A DNA stretch of 56,097 nt, filler included, from Dugesia japonica (Eukaryota): assembly GCA_001938525.1 (NCBI GenBank). It is 5 parts of 5 records of this genome, joined end to end, with 100 filler letters (N's around TTAATTAATTAA, not from the genome) between each part and the next. Parts side by side here need not be neighbours in the genome. Positions count along the whole stretch, not along the records: positions 21,459 to 31,444 come from MQRL01638148.1; positions 31,545 to 41,689 come from MQRL01646930.1; 3 more parts are not named here. One strand, written 5' to 3'. How positions within the stretch are numbered: position 1 is the first letter of the stretch; the number at the start of each line of letters is the position of its first letter. The notes under the pieces are model-generated. The model saw nothing but the letters and a program-made list of their open reading frames with translations, made no database searches and was not told where the DNA came from. A program made the translations under genes and the position numbers. Positions 24,916 to 38,960 of this stretch are shown here, piece by piece.

Positions 24916-25772
24916 TGTGTTGGAGTAGTATAAAAAAGAGTCTAAAAATATTAGTTATTATTTGGAAAATGAATTACCAATTGAAGATTTACCTTCGACC
25001 CAAAATTTTTGCATGATTCGCCCGCGACATTGATTTCAACTAATGATGCGGACAGTCTATAAAAAAGGTTGCCCACTGCTCATTTAAGACAATAAATGAA
25101 TAATGTTTAAGCGCATAGAAACAAAATACATAGTATCAAAAGTTAAATAGCAAGTTATGGATAAAGTAAAAACAATTATTCCGCTAAATGTTAAAAATTG
25201 AGAAACGCTTTTATATTATTAAGTTAATATTTTTTTCTGAGAATTCTTGAATATAATTTCTAGTTTTAAAGCAAAACAAAATATAAATTAATGAAATAAT
25301 TATTGTCCATCTCAAATTTCATTTACAAATAATATTTTCTTAAGTTTACAATGTAAATAGCGTAAAAATCATCTTTCTTATTTATGGTAGTTGAAATCAC
25401 ACAAATTATTAGAATATAATCTAGTTAAAATAGAGTTAGCAACAAATAATTGCTAAGCATAATGTTTATTAACATATATTTACATGTACAGAATAATTTT
25501 AATGTTAATTATTGTTAATTAATAATATTCACTAACATCGTAGAAAATTAAAATCGCAAAAAATCATTGGATAGAAAACTTGAAACAAAGAGAGCTTTAC
25601 AAGAAAATAATAACCAAATAAAATCCAGCAAATATATCTATATATAGTCAAATAAAAATTATTGTTTGAATGGTGGTATATATTGATTTATAAACAATAA
25701 TCGCATAACAAAGAGACAAAAACGAAAGCGTAATTTACTGAAACAAAAACTATACTGAAAGAGATATAAAGA

Positions 25773-28700
25773 TCATCGGATAGTGACGGTGCCAGTGGCA
25801 CTATCATTTCTACTACTACCACTACTGGAAGATAGATATAATGGTGGTAAATTATTGGTGCTCCCAGCGTTCACCGAGTTTGTAGAGGAAACAGAAGATG
25901 ACGCATTCATCCAATAAACTTCTAACAATAGTTGCTCTTTTAAGCAACTCGACATTCCACTAAATCCATTTCCTTTCCAATCTTGATTGGTTATAGGACA
26001 GCCAATCAATGGTGCACTACCTCGTCTGTGCTGTACATATGTTGCTGAATTCTGTGATGTTCTGGGACCTGTTGAACATTTTTTGGTGTTTAGAGAGTTA
26101 GATTCTTCCCAAGCCGATGGTATAGGAAAAGCCTTCACCATTAATGGAAGACTACCTCTTCGCCGACTAGGATTTGAAACTGAACTTGCTCTAATATGCT
26201 GAGGTAGAGAGCCCCTTCTACAGGAAAGAATTTGTGATGAAGGTGAAGGTCTAGCAAAAGTTATCATGGTTGTGGATAATCGATGTTTTGGTTTTTGGGG
26301 TTTATTCAAAGAATTGAAAACATTATCAGGTAGGGATAATCTCCGATGAACATCAGCGCTTATTTTTGTTGTACAAGACGACACTAAAGTCGTTTCTTCT
26401 GTTAATGTTGCTAGACCAGATAATGGTGATACCGATGTCGTAGTAGAACAGTTTACCACATTCAAATCGACCTTTGTTGCCGGATTATGAACAATTTTTG
26501 TTGATACAGCCGAAAATTTTTGTTTATATATTTCCCATTTATTAAGATTTATATCAACATATTTTATTAATAAATTAGATAGCATTGATTTTAAAAATAC
26601 GTTCCATTGTGTTAACAATGGACGAACAATAAATCGAATAAATCCTACAAATAATACTTAATATGAATTTATGATTGAAATTGATGATACCTAATTGAAT
26701 ATCTGCTTTGGTTGTCATGCATCGATCATGAGTAGACATTACTGATAGACCCTGAGTTTTTTCCATATCACCTTGTAGGAAAAATTCTTCACATACTAAA
26801 CTAGCCCAACCCAATGTAATTGGCCAGCATCGAGATGGATTACTGATATCAGCACATTTAAGGGCCAACTATTAAAACATTTTAAAATCATTTCAAATAC
26901 AATGACATTTTAGTTAGTAATATTAAAATTAAATACTACAGTCAAGTTTGAAATAGATATCTATATAGCTTATGGTTTCTCTGTATATTAACAGAAACCG
27001 AAGAACAAATGTTTTTTTTTCATTGTTTTAGCCGTTTTAATTATTTTATTTAAATTCTATTTATTTTTAATATAATCTAGAATAACAATTTTAACAGTGA
27101 ATATTTATTATATTAATTATTGTTAGGAAGCATCTACCACGACTTTTGATNTAAAATATAAAAATGACATAGCTGGTTCTACAGAAGATAATGAGCAAAC
27201 AAAATAATTAATTAAAATTATAAATATTATTAAGCAATATTGTTTGAATCATGCTATTTGTTTGGCACATTATCTAAATGGTTGAAGCAAGAATTCGCAC
27301 TGTTTAAGAATACTCGAAAATAAAATTTATCTGATGCATTGTATAAAATCAGAACAACGTCAACTGACGTTGAACGTGCATTTACAATTTGCACTAACTT
27401 TGGAGGAAATATTGATTTACGATTATCAGGAAAATATTTAAATGCGTTGAATTTTTTAAATAAAGAATGTTGTAATAATAATAATAATAATAATATAAAA
27501 ATAATAATTAGAGAATTAATTAGAGAATGCATTCGATACAGACAGGGTATTGTTCAACTCATTAGATTTAGGTAGTACTTACTATCAAGTAGAGCTAGAA
27601 GAGGGGTCAAAATATAAAACAGCCCTCTAAACAAAGTCAGGTCAATACTGCCTCAATAGAATGTCATTAAGCATAGCTTCAGCGCCTGGGACATTCAAAA
27701 ACTGATGACAAAGGTTAAAGGTAAAACAAAGGGAACAACTGTATATTTAGACAATATTTTAATATATTCAGAGAACTTGGAAGAGTATTACAAAACACTA
27801 GACAAAGTATTTAGTAAAATACATTAAGCAGGACTATGAGAGAGCCCATCAAAATGTCAATTGCTAAGAAAAGAGATCAAATTTTTGGGACACGTTATAA
27901 GAAATAATTGAGTATAAACCAATCCAGCAAAATTCGTGGCAATACAGACATACGAAAGGCCAAAATGCGCGAAAGGATTGAGGAGTTACTTGAGGATATG
28001 TGGCTATTACAGAAGATTTATAAAGGATTACGCAAAGAAAGCTAATAAACTAGCAAAACTATGCAGTGTAAATAATAAGGCAATATGGACAGAGGGTTGC
28101 AAACAATAATTCAAAGATATGAAAGAAGCGTTAACGAATCGACCAATTTTGGTGTTTCTGGGTCTCAGGAGAGAATTCATACTGGGTACGGATGCAAGCT
28201 ACAATTCGATCGGTTACGTATTATCACATATGGACAATGATGGATAAGGAAGAGTGATAGTGTATGGATCACACGCAATAATCACGAATTTCGTTATTGT
28301 ATAAGAAGAAAAGAAATGCTAGCGATATTTTATTTTAGCAACTACTTCAGCTACTACTTATACAAGCGAAGATTCGCTCTAAGGCCAGACCAAAAAGCAA
28401 TTCCGTTTAAGTTAACAACGAAGAAACCTTTAACGGCACAGTTCCAAAATCGGATCATCTACCTAAGCGGATTGGAAATTGATTTACAGTGTCGTAAAGG
28501 CGAAAAACATGACAATGTGAGTTTTTTCTCAAGATAGGTATGTGGCATATGTGTACAGTGCATGATGACGCACGAATATCCTTAAAAAGGCAAATTGAAA
28601 ACGAGACGATTGATCACAATAACGGGAAATCAAAATGGCAAAGAGATAATATAGAGATTCCAATATTACGAGAACAGATCAAAGATCGCAAGGATGAGAG

Positions 28701-31002
28701 ATTACAATGAATAGACGGCCAGATATTAACATGAAACGGAAAGATATGGATCCCAACAGATAAAATAACAGATATGATCAGAGAGATGTACCAGTTGCTA
28801 GCACACAGGGAAACAGAAAAATTTNCCAAATATATTAGGGAACATTATGGCATAAATAGGTTGTGGAAAAGTGTATAAGAAATTGTGGCCAGATGCGAAG
28901 CATGTCAGCGAGTGAAGATGGTAACAACTAGAACTAAGAAACTATAAAATCCGAGTTTGCAAGGCCGTTTGAGAGAATATGTATTGATATAGCAGGACCA
29001 TTGACAGAAACTTTCCTAAAAAATATATATATATCACGGTTATTATCGATAAAAATAGAACATATACATCATTGACAGCAACAGCAAAACAAGATGAAGA
29101 GTCAGTAACTCACGTAGTAAGAAATAACTGGATATTAGAGATAGGGGCACCGAGATATATTCATACAGATTGTTGGAAGGTATTCGAATCGCAAATATTG
29201 AAGAAATTGGCAGATGATACTATGTTTCTCAAGTCCTTATCCCAATAATACAAATAGACTAGTAGAATGGCAATTTCAGACGATCAGAGACTGGATCGGG
29301 GCATCAATAGCAAACAGAAATTCAAAGAATTTGATGGAAATTCTACCTGAGATTGAATTTGCGATGAATGCAACAGTACAGAAAACAAAATTTAAAAGCC
29401 CAGAAGTTTTGTAAAAAAACCAACACAGAAAAGTGGTTTCCACCTAGATAACTAGAGTCCTAGAAGAAAGACAATATACCGAAGGCTAATAATCCAACAA
29501 GGAGAACATTCGCGATTGGAGATGCAGTGCTTATCAAGGAGAAAACAAGAAATAAGGATCAGAATTGTTTCTTAAGTCCATTCTTAGTGGTAAAAAAGAT
29601 ACATGATCGAAGATATCTGCTTCGAGATGATCGGGGTCGGACAATAAAAAAAAATGTTATATATAAGAATTATTCATAGATTTAAATATCTTAGAAATCT
29701 TTTTTTAATTTTTATATATATAATTTTAAAATGTATTTTTAAAACATATGTAAAATAAAATATTCCATAAAATTAAATCGACATTTTTGATTTATTTTAT
29801 GAAATTATTATGTAAAATGAGATATTTCATCAAATTAAAGTCGATATGTTTTAAAAAATATTTCATAAATTTTTATGTTAAGTAGAATATTTATTTTTTT
29901 ATTGAACAATTTCTCAGATTATTTGTTTGAATACTATGAATTATTATTGACATAATTTTTATTTCAATCAAATACACTGGTAATAATAAATACAATTTAT
30001 GGAGAGTTGTGAAGTTTTGAATTTAACTAATAATATTTCTCAGAAGATTTCTTAAAGAATTGAAATGCGAGAATGAAATTTAAATTTTTTAATGTCAAAT
30101 TATATTCGTAATTAAAATATTTATAAAATTTTTGAAATTTAAAATACCTAGAAAAAATTATTAAAATAATTATGCGCATAAATAATTATATAATTTGTAT
30201 GAATATTAAAACTTTGCGAAGTTAATTTGGTCAATTCTGACAAACATTGTTCTAAATAAATTATTGGTAATAAGTATGATTTTCTGGCTAATAATAAGAT
30301 TGAAAAATAATATCTATGAAAAATTAAACTCCGGGACTTTATATCTTAGTTTTGTACTTGGTAACTTTTTGTCCTACACTCATGATGGTGTAAGACCTCC
30401 AACAACTGGAAAGGTAGATAACTTCCACATACATATGATAATAATAGTTAAAAATCCAAAACCTTTATTAATTAAACACAATATTATATGGAATAAAAAG
30501 TTTTAAATGATAAGACTAATACAATTCTAATTTACTTCGATTTTAGTTACTGGTGTAATATCAGTAGTATATAGTTTATAACAAATTAGATATGTAAGAT
30601 ATAAATATAAAATAAAACTCTGTTGAGAAATTAAGAGATTTACTTGATAAACTAGCATTTTTTCGTCTTTGGTATAGATTGTTGAATTAACCGAATTCAA
30701 TTTTTTATCATGGAGAAAATTCTGAAAATAAAAATTTCAAAATAATTTCATAGAAAATTATTAAATCACCATAAATTTATTAAGATAGGATTTCTGGTGA
30801 GTGATATCTGTAGCCATTATCATATTATAAATACTAGAGGAAAGTGTTCGCCTATAAATAATTATCAAATAATACTAAAAAATCGAAACAAATCAAATTA
30901 AAATATTAACCAGTTTTCCTGTGATAAATTCTTGAGCAAAGATGTTTGTTGAAGAAGGGACATGGTCACTCGATAATGGTGGTTTTCTAATATTGAACTG
31001 TG
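25773..31002 (-). CDS. PDE7: 3',5'-cyclic nucleotide phosphodiesterase, PDE7-like, 3' portion; exons 31002-30911, 30851-30770, 30721-30644, 26868-26691, 26644-25773
   Basis: All introns are GT-AG and in frame. The spliced protein reads SSILENHHY...IMATDITHQ...LALKCADISNPSR...EEFFLQGDMEK...IQLGFIRFIVRPLLTQW, the class I PDE catalytic C-terminal half. PDE7 subfamily is a by-eye assignment. Upstream exons (HDxDH motif) were not found. Confidence 0.93.
27260..27470 (+). mobile_element. hAT transposase C-terminal dimerization-domain remnant (in PDE intron)
   Basis: ALYKIRTTSTDVERAFTI...DLRLSGKYLNALNFL matches the TS..ER.FS...RL....L.AL.FL pattern. Confidence 0.65.
27560..29660 (+). mobile_element. 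Decayed Gypsy pol (RT, RNase H, integrase) within PDE intron, antisense to the gene
   Basis: TVYLDNILIYS (YxDD-like), IKFLGHVI, FILGTDASYNSIG, CEACQRVK, IDIAGPL, LPEIEFAMNAT. Many stops. Confidence 0.9.
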
Positions 31003-34000
31003 CTGGAAAATAAGAAATTTCTAGTAAATAAATCTTTTTAAATAAGTAAATAAACATTTATTGTTATTATTAATTAATTAATTTTATTTAATAAAAATTT
31101 TTTTTTGAGAATTTTTCAACATACAATCATCTGATTTTTAACATCTTTTGAAAATTTTTTAGAAAACTTATGACGAAACTATTCGATTTTCTTTTTATTT
31201 ATTTTTTTATAAATTTGTTTCTCGCCTTTTAAAAATTATTAGGTTTTATTTTATAGTTGTTTCGCGGAATCTTATTTTTTCATAGTTTGGTGTACTGCGA
31301 TACGAAAAATGTTGCCTAACACTGAGATAAAGTGTAGAATGCGATGTGGCAGTGTCACAAGGGCGCCACGAGATTTTTCCAATATTAAACATCTTCTATA
31401 AAAGTAGCAAATTCAAACGACAAATATAAATCTATTGACTTATTNNNNNNNNNNNNNNNNNNNNNNNNNNNNNNNNNNNNNNNNNNNNTTAATTAATTAA
31501 NNNNNNNNNNNNNNNNNNNNNNNNNNNNNNNNNNNNNNNNNNNNAATCTAAAATTCTTTCGGCCTGAGAACTATCCAAAGTAGCTAGTTCCCGAGAGCAG
31601 TACTCCTTATTCACGGCTCGAAGTCAGTCTCAAGCATATCTCCAGAAAATCTCCTTTCCCAACAATTACTTCGAGGATTTCTTTCCATTTGTCAATAATA
31701 ACGTCTTCTCTTTTGGTCATTAGACAATCATTCCGGCTGTCCTCGTTAAAGTTGATCAGGCTTCAGATTCTAGCTTACTGATTGTGGGCCCTATTTCCCA
31801 AAATTGATTCTGTTATCACGACATATTTTTCTGGGGTACTTTCACATATCTATGATTACTCCGAGTTTTCTTTCAAACTCAAGGCTTTCTTTNNNNNNNN
31901 NNNNNNNNNNNNNNNNNNNNNNNNNNNNNNNNNNNNNNNNNNNNNNNNNNNNNNNNNNNNNNNNNNNNNNNNNNNNNNNNNNNNNNNNNNNNNNNNNNNN
32001 NNNNNNNNNNNNNNNNNNNNNNNNNNNNNNNNNNNNNNNNNNNNNNNNNNNNNNNNNNNNNNNNNNCTGTGTTGACTGTCCCGATACCCATCCTGCACTT
32101 CTCGATAAGTATAGCTTCGTTAATTAACCATGTTGCAGTTTAATCCTTTACTTCAATTAATATCTATTTAACCATGTTCCAGGTTACCACTTTCTCCACA
32201 ACAATAATTAGTTTACTTTAATCATGTTTCAGATTACACCTATAACCAACAATTCATTTATCTAACCGTGTTTCAGGTTACACCTCTTGATTCCTAAATA
32301 AATTCATCAGCTCCTATTCATTTATCCACTATTATCTCCACTAATCATTTGTCCTTGATATACATCATTAATTTCTCAATACTCCTTCAATTTAATTTAT
32401 TATATTTCATCGTAATTCCTCATCATATCAACACCATTTATCCTCATTAATTCATTTACCTCGTTACTACTTAATTCATTTATCTATGTCATCAATATTT
32501 ATCCAACATTAATCTAGTCAAAATCTCTCTTGTCATTATCAAATAATCCTGTCAAAATCTCCTTTATCATCATTTCTCTTTTTCATCACTATTAATCTCT
32601 TCGTAATATTACATGTCGTCATCATTGGTTCTCCTGATCATCATTAATTTCCGCCATCAATCATCACTTTAAATCCAATATCCTTAATTCATTTCCGCAC
32701 CAATTAATCTAACACAACATTAACTTCAATAATTCAATTATCCTTTAATTCCTTTTTTAACTTCTTTACTTCAATATCAATTCTCGTCGTTGACTATTAA
32801 ATATCTCGTTACATTATTCATTTACATCTCCACTTTCATCGTATTCCTTATTCATTCACATCTTTTATCTCATTATCCATTTAATCATATTCGTCATCTT
32901 CTACATGTGCACTTGATCTTCATTATTATCGCATGTGCTTCAACTGATTGTCTCCTTGCTTTGATTCAATTTCCTTGATTTTTCTCCTGATGTTCTTTGC
33001 TGAGCCTTCGATCTGAATTCCGTAATCTTTATTCTTTTAACATTATTCTTGACTGTTGTTTTAATTTCTTGCATAACATTGGATTTTCTTTCATTTTCTC
33101 ATGTTTCTTTGTTTCTCAGAGTCTGTCGCATCCATTTCTTTATTAATACCGATATTAGAGAGAAACAAAAATCAGTTTGATGTTACTGACTTTTTGAATC
33201 CCAACTCCACATTTTATTTGACCACCTTTTAATCACTGATGTTTATTGTCGATTCATCTCAGTAGTCGATCCGAATTAGCCGTTGCCGACTCCCTCGACT
33301 TGACCACTTCGATCTACTTCAGCTCTAATTTAACCATTCATTCATTTCGTTGATTGTACGCTAGTTGTTCCCAATGTCGACGAACAATCACTTTTCTGAT
33401 GTTACATAGTGAATTGCTCGTGTTCACTGATTTAATCAGTCGTTTAATTCATTCATCTTTATCATTATCATATTCATATTGCTGTTCATTGTGTCTCGAT
33501 CCCGCCACCCATCGTGCCTGAGATTTACATTTCTAACTCCGACAAGATTGATAACTCGATCTTACACTTCTCTTTTATAATTTAGATGTACATTGTGTTT
33601 TATCTTGTTACCCGATTCGGAACAGTCTTTGTCATTCCATCTTTTTCCGAACCTGACAACACGATGTTGCACTTCGCTTTATTATATCATTGGTACGATT
33701 CTTGCGACAACTCTCATTTGTCATGACTTAACACGACAATGTTTTGTTCTTCATTTCGAATCAAGTGAGATAATTATGATTCTGTCTTCTGATTTATTAT
33801 TTTATCATCTTCAAGGTTATGTTTTGTATATTCAATCTCTGCGTGTTTTGTATTACCGTTATGCTCATTTTAAGTAAAGATGTTAAATTTCCTAGTGTAA
33901 AATCATCAATCCCTTTGTTAATCTCATTTTTAACTCAACATTCTCGTTATTAATGTTAGCTCTGCTCAATAATAAAATAAATAAAATAATCAAATCAATA

Positions 34001-34978
34001 ATTGGCAATTGTTAGTTTAATTCTTTACCAAAACCTTTTACTGCAATTTATTACGAAAATTCATTATCGAAATTCTTTTACTAACAATTTACCCAAATAT
34101 TTACTCCAATTTGTTTACCAAAATTTATTACAAAAATTTTATTGAAAATATTTACTGAAATTGTTACCAATCGAACACTGCTTTAATAATATTTATCAGA
34201 ATACTAATGGAATAAAAATTCATTTAAAATATTCAAATAATTATCATTTACAATGCACACATCTTACTACTTAATTCCACGAGATTATTCAACATTTCTC
34301 TTAAAATGTAATTTCCTTGGACTTCAAAATCATATTTCATTTTATTCACTTTATTGATTTATTTAATGGTTCAGTGTGGTTGAATCCTTTCTAATCACAT
34401 AAAGAAAACAAAAAAAAATGCAAAGTTTCCATATTAATTCTACACTATCATACTTTTAATACAAATGATTTTACCTACATATACAAAATAATATCTACTT
34501 TTACAAACACATTTTCACTCGGATTTCACAATTTGTTTGAAATTTTCATCTTTGTCTTTTCGTTTCTGATGGTCATCTCATGTCGTTTTTCTTTAGTTTT
34601 CCACGAAATAGAAATGAATTTCCCAGTTGAGCCCCTAAAATCCCTGTGGGGTTGCTAGACTTTTGATATTGTTTTAATATTGCTTTTAATTTCCTTCTCT
34701 GAATCAAAACTGTTTTCTCTGTCGATTATCTATACTGTCTGGGGGATGACACCTAGCAACCACAGAAATTTGTGTTACTCTCTCCAGTAACACGATCCCT
34801 CTTTTCCCGGATTCAGCGGGACTATGCTGTATCTCGTCTTAGGTCCAATTTCTTTCTATCTGGCTGTCATTTTCTTTAAAAATCCATCGATATTATTGTA
34901 TGTTAAGATCAGAAATTTGAAAGGCATTGTATACAAAGATTTTATTTTAAACAAGGTTAATCACAAATTCAATGTTCG

Positions 34979-35296
34979 CTATTCATCCAGTTTGATGATT
35001 TCTTTCGATCTTGTTTTGAGAACTTCCAGTACTCAATTGGATACTTAAGTAAAGGTTCGTACAGTTGCGATCAGCACACTTTCCCTGTCCGCATAAGTTT
35101 TGTTTATATCCACCATAGCACGACACCTTTGCGATAATGTGAGATCTCGTTCTTTTAATTTAATAATTTTTTCACGGAGTTGAGCATTTTTACATTGTAA
35201 ATCGGTAATTTCCGTCTTTAATCTTTTTTGAGTCAAACACCATTTCGCTCGTATGTCTGTGACTGAATTATCTGTTGATCTTTTGGTTTCAGACAC
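34979..35296 (-). pseudogene. Coiled-coil gene B, copy 2
   Basis: TDNSVTDIRAKW...LREKIIKLKERDLTLSQ...YADRESVLIATVRT, a premature stop, then EIIKLDE. Confidence 0.7.
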
Positions 35297-35513
35297 AAAT
35301 AATAATCAAATTAGTAGCATAATTTACAATTCATTTCAGCATAATTTATAAATTATATTTTAGATAAATATTAAAATGCAGCAGCTATCTTGCTCACATT
35401 AACTACATCGTCAGTCTTAAGATCATGACAAAGTTGCCGATATTATTAATCATTATCACCGTAAATAAATAAGTAACTCTTTCAAAGAAAACTATATTAC
35501 AATGCATACATAA

Positions 35514-36040
35514 TCACACTACTGTTTCCATAATGTTTGTGTTGTCCAGTGGCGCTAACACTTGCTGGAGTATTGTTTCGACTTTGTTGTTCAGCCGTTC
35601 CGATAATTTAGTGTATTTGTCGGCCTCCAATTGCGCTGCTCGCATCGTCCGAATACCTGCTGTTGTTGCTTGGCGAGTTCCGTTGATCTGATCAGCAGAG
35701 ATATCAACTCTTTTTCACGTTCCTGCTGCCACTTGGTCATCTCATCCAGTTGTGCCTGATGCTGTTGATCCTGTTTCTCCACTCGTATTCGGAGATTATT
35801 TATTCTCTGGACCTGCTCGGAGAACTGCGTTTGTTGTCGGAGGATTTCCCGCCGTAATTCTTTTATTTCCGTATCCTTAGCCCGTAATTAATCCTGAGAA
35901 ATCCACCAAGGATCGTTGTCTGTTCCTTCAGTGCCGACAGAGTCCCAGAGCGGTGGTATATTGTTGCATGTGCTTGTTTCGAATGTATAACCACCGGGTT
36001 CCAGAGTCTGCATCGCCTCTTGTTTGGTGATTGTTGCCAT
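35514..36040 (-). pseudogene. Coiled-coil gene A, copy 2
   Basis: MATITKQEAMQ...DPWWISQD*LRAK...EQVQRINNL...KELISLLIRSTELAKQQQ...LSERLNNKVETILQQVLAPLD, with one stop and one frameshift. Confidence 0.7.
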
Positions 36041-36689
36041 TTAGAGTGAAATATACTAGACCCATGTTAACAATAAAATATACTGCGGAATATAATTATC
36101 ATAGAAAAAAATATATTTACCAATTATTCTCTGATATTACAGGCATCGATCACCTGTCAGCATGGATGGATGTGGATCATCAGGTTATTATCAGATAGGC
36201 TTCTACATTTCATTGTTACCTTATTATTATCTCATATCTCCTGGCCATATCCATCAATTATCATGTCATCATCCTCATCATTAAGCGTAACATTTGTATA
36301 ATAGTTATGGATGATCCATATCCCTCCAGCTGTCAGATGGTCCTCCTGCGAATCATACTAATAAGATCTAATCTAACAATAGTTTAAGTAATAATAATAG
36401 TTTATAAGCAATGATAATAACATAACTAATCATTAATATAAATCGAATTAATATTTTCATTAAATTTACATCATATTCGTAACCATATACATTAAATTAA
36501 ATCACGTGAAAGAACTCAACCACCCCACCACCAATTCAAATTTATTTACAACTCTTTCATATTCCATCATTTATGTAAACGTAGCTCTCATCGTCTGTAA
36601 CACTCCTTTCGTAAATATTCGTCTCTCATTATAAGTATCGTAAGTAACATAAATACTACATTTCGTCCTCATGTATTGTGTTATAATAT

Positions 36690-38380
36690 TGTTATAAGGG
36701 TTTATATGAGTTTTATAATAGTATTTTATATGATGATATAATTGGTTCACATGGTTTTAAACGGTTGTTATGTAGGATTTAAAGATTTTTAATGGTTTCA
36801 TGAATTTCAAGTGATTTAAAGGATTTAATAATGGTATTTTATTTGAGTTTAATATGATGTTTTAGCAAAAATATATTAATTTATAGGGTTTTTTTAACAG
36901 ATTTTTAGGATTTTATCAAAAGTTTAATAAATTTTAGGGTTTTATATAAGTTTTCTGTAGATATTTTATGAGTTTTAAAATATGATATAATAGGTTTAAA
37001 TGTATTTATAGTGTTTTCATAGAGGTTTTAAAGACATTATTGAATANTTTTAATTTTTTTAGTGTTTTATAGGGTTTTATATAGGTCTTATAGAGATTTT
37101 GTAACGGTATTTTATATGAGTCTTATATGATGTTTTGATAGGGTTTATATGGTTTTACAGTGCTTTTATTTGGATGTTATTGACTTTATTTTATATTTAA
37201 TAAATTTTAAGGAATTTATGCATTGTTTCATAAATTTTAAGGTTTTTAAATACAAACCTGTTTTATAAGTGTTTTATTTTATATTGTTACATGGTTTCAT
37301 AATGCTTTTATAGAGACGTTAATAACTTTATCGAATATTTCATGAATATTTATACTTTTATTATGTTTTAAAGGGGTTTCAAAATTGGATTTTAATGATA
37401 CTTTAATGGGTTTTACATGGTCTTTTATTGTATATTTCTTAAATTTAAAGGGTTTTATAAGGATTTGTTATGTGTTTTATATGACTTTTTAACGCTGTTA
37501 CATGGTTTTTTAAGTGTTTTTAATGAGTTTTATGTGATATTAGAATGAACTTTAACTTGTTTTATAGTGATTTATAGAAGCCTTAGAACTTTATTAAATA
37601 TCTTATGAATTTCTAGTCATTTATTAGGTTTTTTAGAGGTTTATAGAAGGGTTTTGTTTTTAATGGTATTTTAATGAGTTATATAGGATGTTATAATATT
37701 TTTAAAGAACTTTATTGAATATTTCATGGAATTTATGGATATTTTCATGAATTTTAAGATTTTTTATATAGTTTTAATAATGATATTTTATATGAGTTTC
37801 ATGTGATGTTATAACTGGTTTACATAGTTTTTTATTAGTTTTATATGGGGGTATTATTTATTTAATTGTATTTTATTTACCGTTTTAACGAGTTTAAATG
37901 GTTTTATATAATGTTATAGTGAGTTTTACATGGTTGTATAATATTTTTAAAGTGGTTTTAAAAACTTTATTAAATATTTAATGAAATTTTAAACATTTAA
38001 TGGGTTTTATAGAGGTTTTATAGGAGTTTTATATTTGTATTTTATTTTAAATCTATGTGTTGTTTTAACATGGTTTATATGGTTTTCTAGTGTTTTTATT
38101 TAGATGTTATGGACTTTATCATATATTTAATGTATTTTAAAGAAATTGTGAATATTTTCATAATATTTTAAAGATTTATAAACGTTTATTGAGGATATTT
38201 TATTTGAGTTTTATATCAACTTTATAACGAGTTTACCTGGTTTCAGAAAAGATTTCCCTTTAAATTTTAGTGGTTTTATTTTCTAAGGATTATTTATAGA
38301 TTTGGTGATTTTTAATGTTTCTATATAAGAACTTTAATAAGGGCTTTTCAAATGTTTTATATTTATTTTATCTGCATGTT
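36690..38380. repeat. Degenerate G/T-skewed tandem repeat tract
   Basis: Recurring ggttttata, atgagttttatatgatgtt and actttattgaatatttcatgaa motifs, with very few C on the plus strand. Confidence 0.7.
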
Positions 38381-38479
38381 ATTTGGGTTCGTTTACCGTG
38401 GCGATAGAAGCCAATTTTAAATCGATTAAATGAAATTAATATTAAACAATAATATTTTTATAAAATACTGTACAACATT

Positions 38480-38960
38480 ATCACAAGTACTGTCATTCGT
38501 CATCAAAACACAGATCGAAAAATGTTCGGCGAGCTTTCTTAGGAGGTGGAATACCCAATGAGGGGGATAGAGAGTTCAATTGTAGTGCCACAAGTTCTCA
38601 TTTTTGTGTCGAAGTCATTCAACCTCCGCTTCCAACTTCCAAATCTTCATTCCATCAGACTCATCTCTCCGGGTATATTCTATATTTTGCTTTCTTAAGG
38701 CGGAAACATCTACTGCTAACATCGCGATCTTCTCCTGTAGAGATTGGCAGGTTTGTGACCAATTTGTAGTTGTAGCAAGCTGACTGTCCATGTTGGCGAA
38801 AAGCTGAACTGCAGCGCCGAATTCAGGAGCATTTTCATTCATTCAACTAAAAACCTACAGAGAATTTGAAATTTCGTCCTGGAAATAGGTTTGGAGAGAA
38901 TGTCGGTAATTCACATCTGTAAGAAGTGTTTGCAGGTCTCTCTTTGCTCCAGTTTTTTTC
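38480..38960 (-). pseudogene. Putative additional coiled-coil gene near the element terminus
   Basis: ORF 38615-38842 (CQSLQEKIAMLAVDVSALRKQNIEY...KLEAEVE) has coding-like GC content and plausible read-through past the stops. No second copy in the window. Confidence 0.4.
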
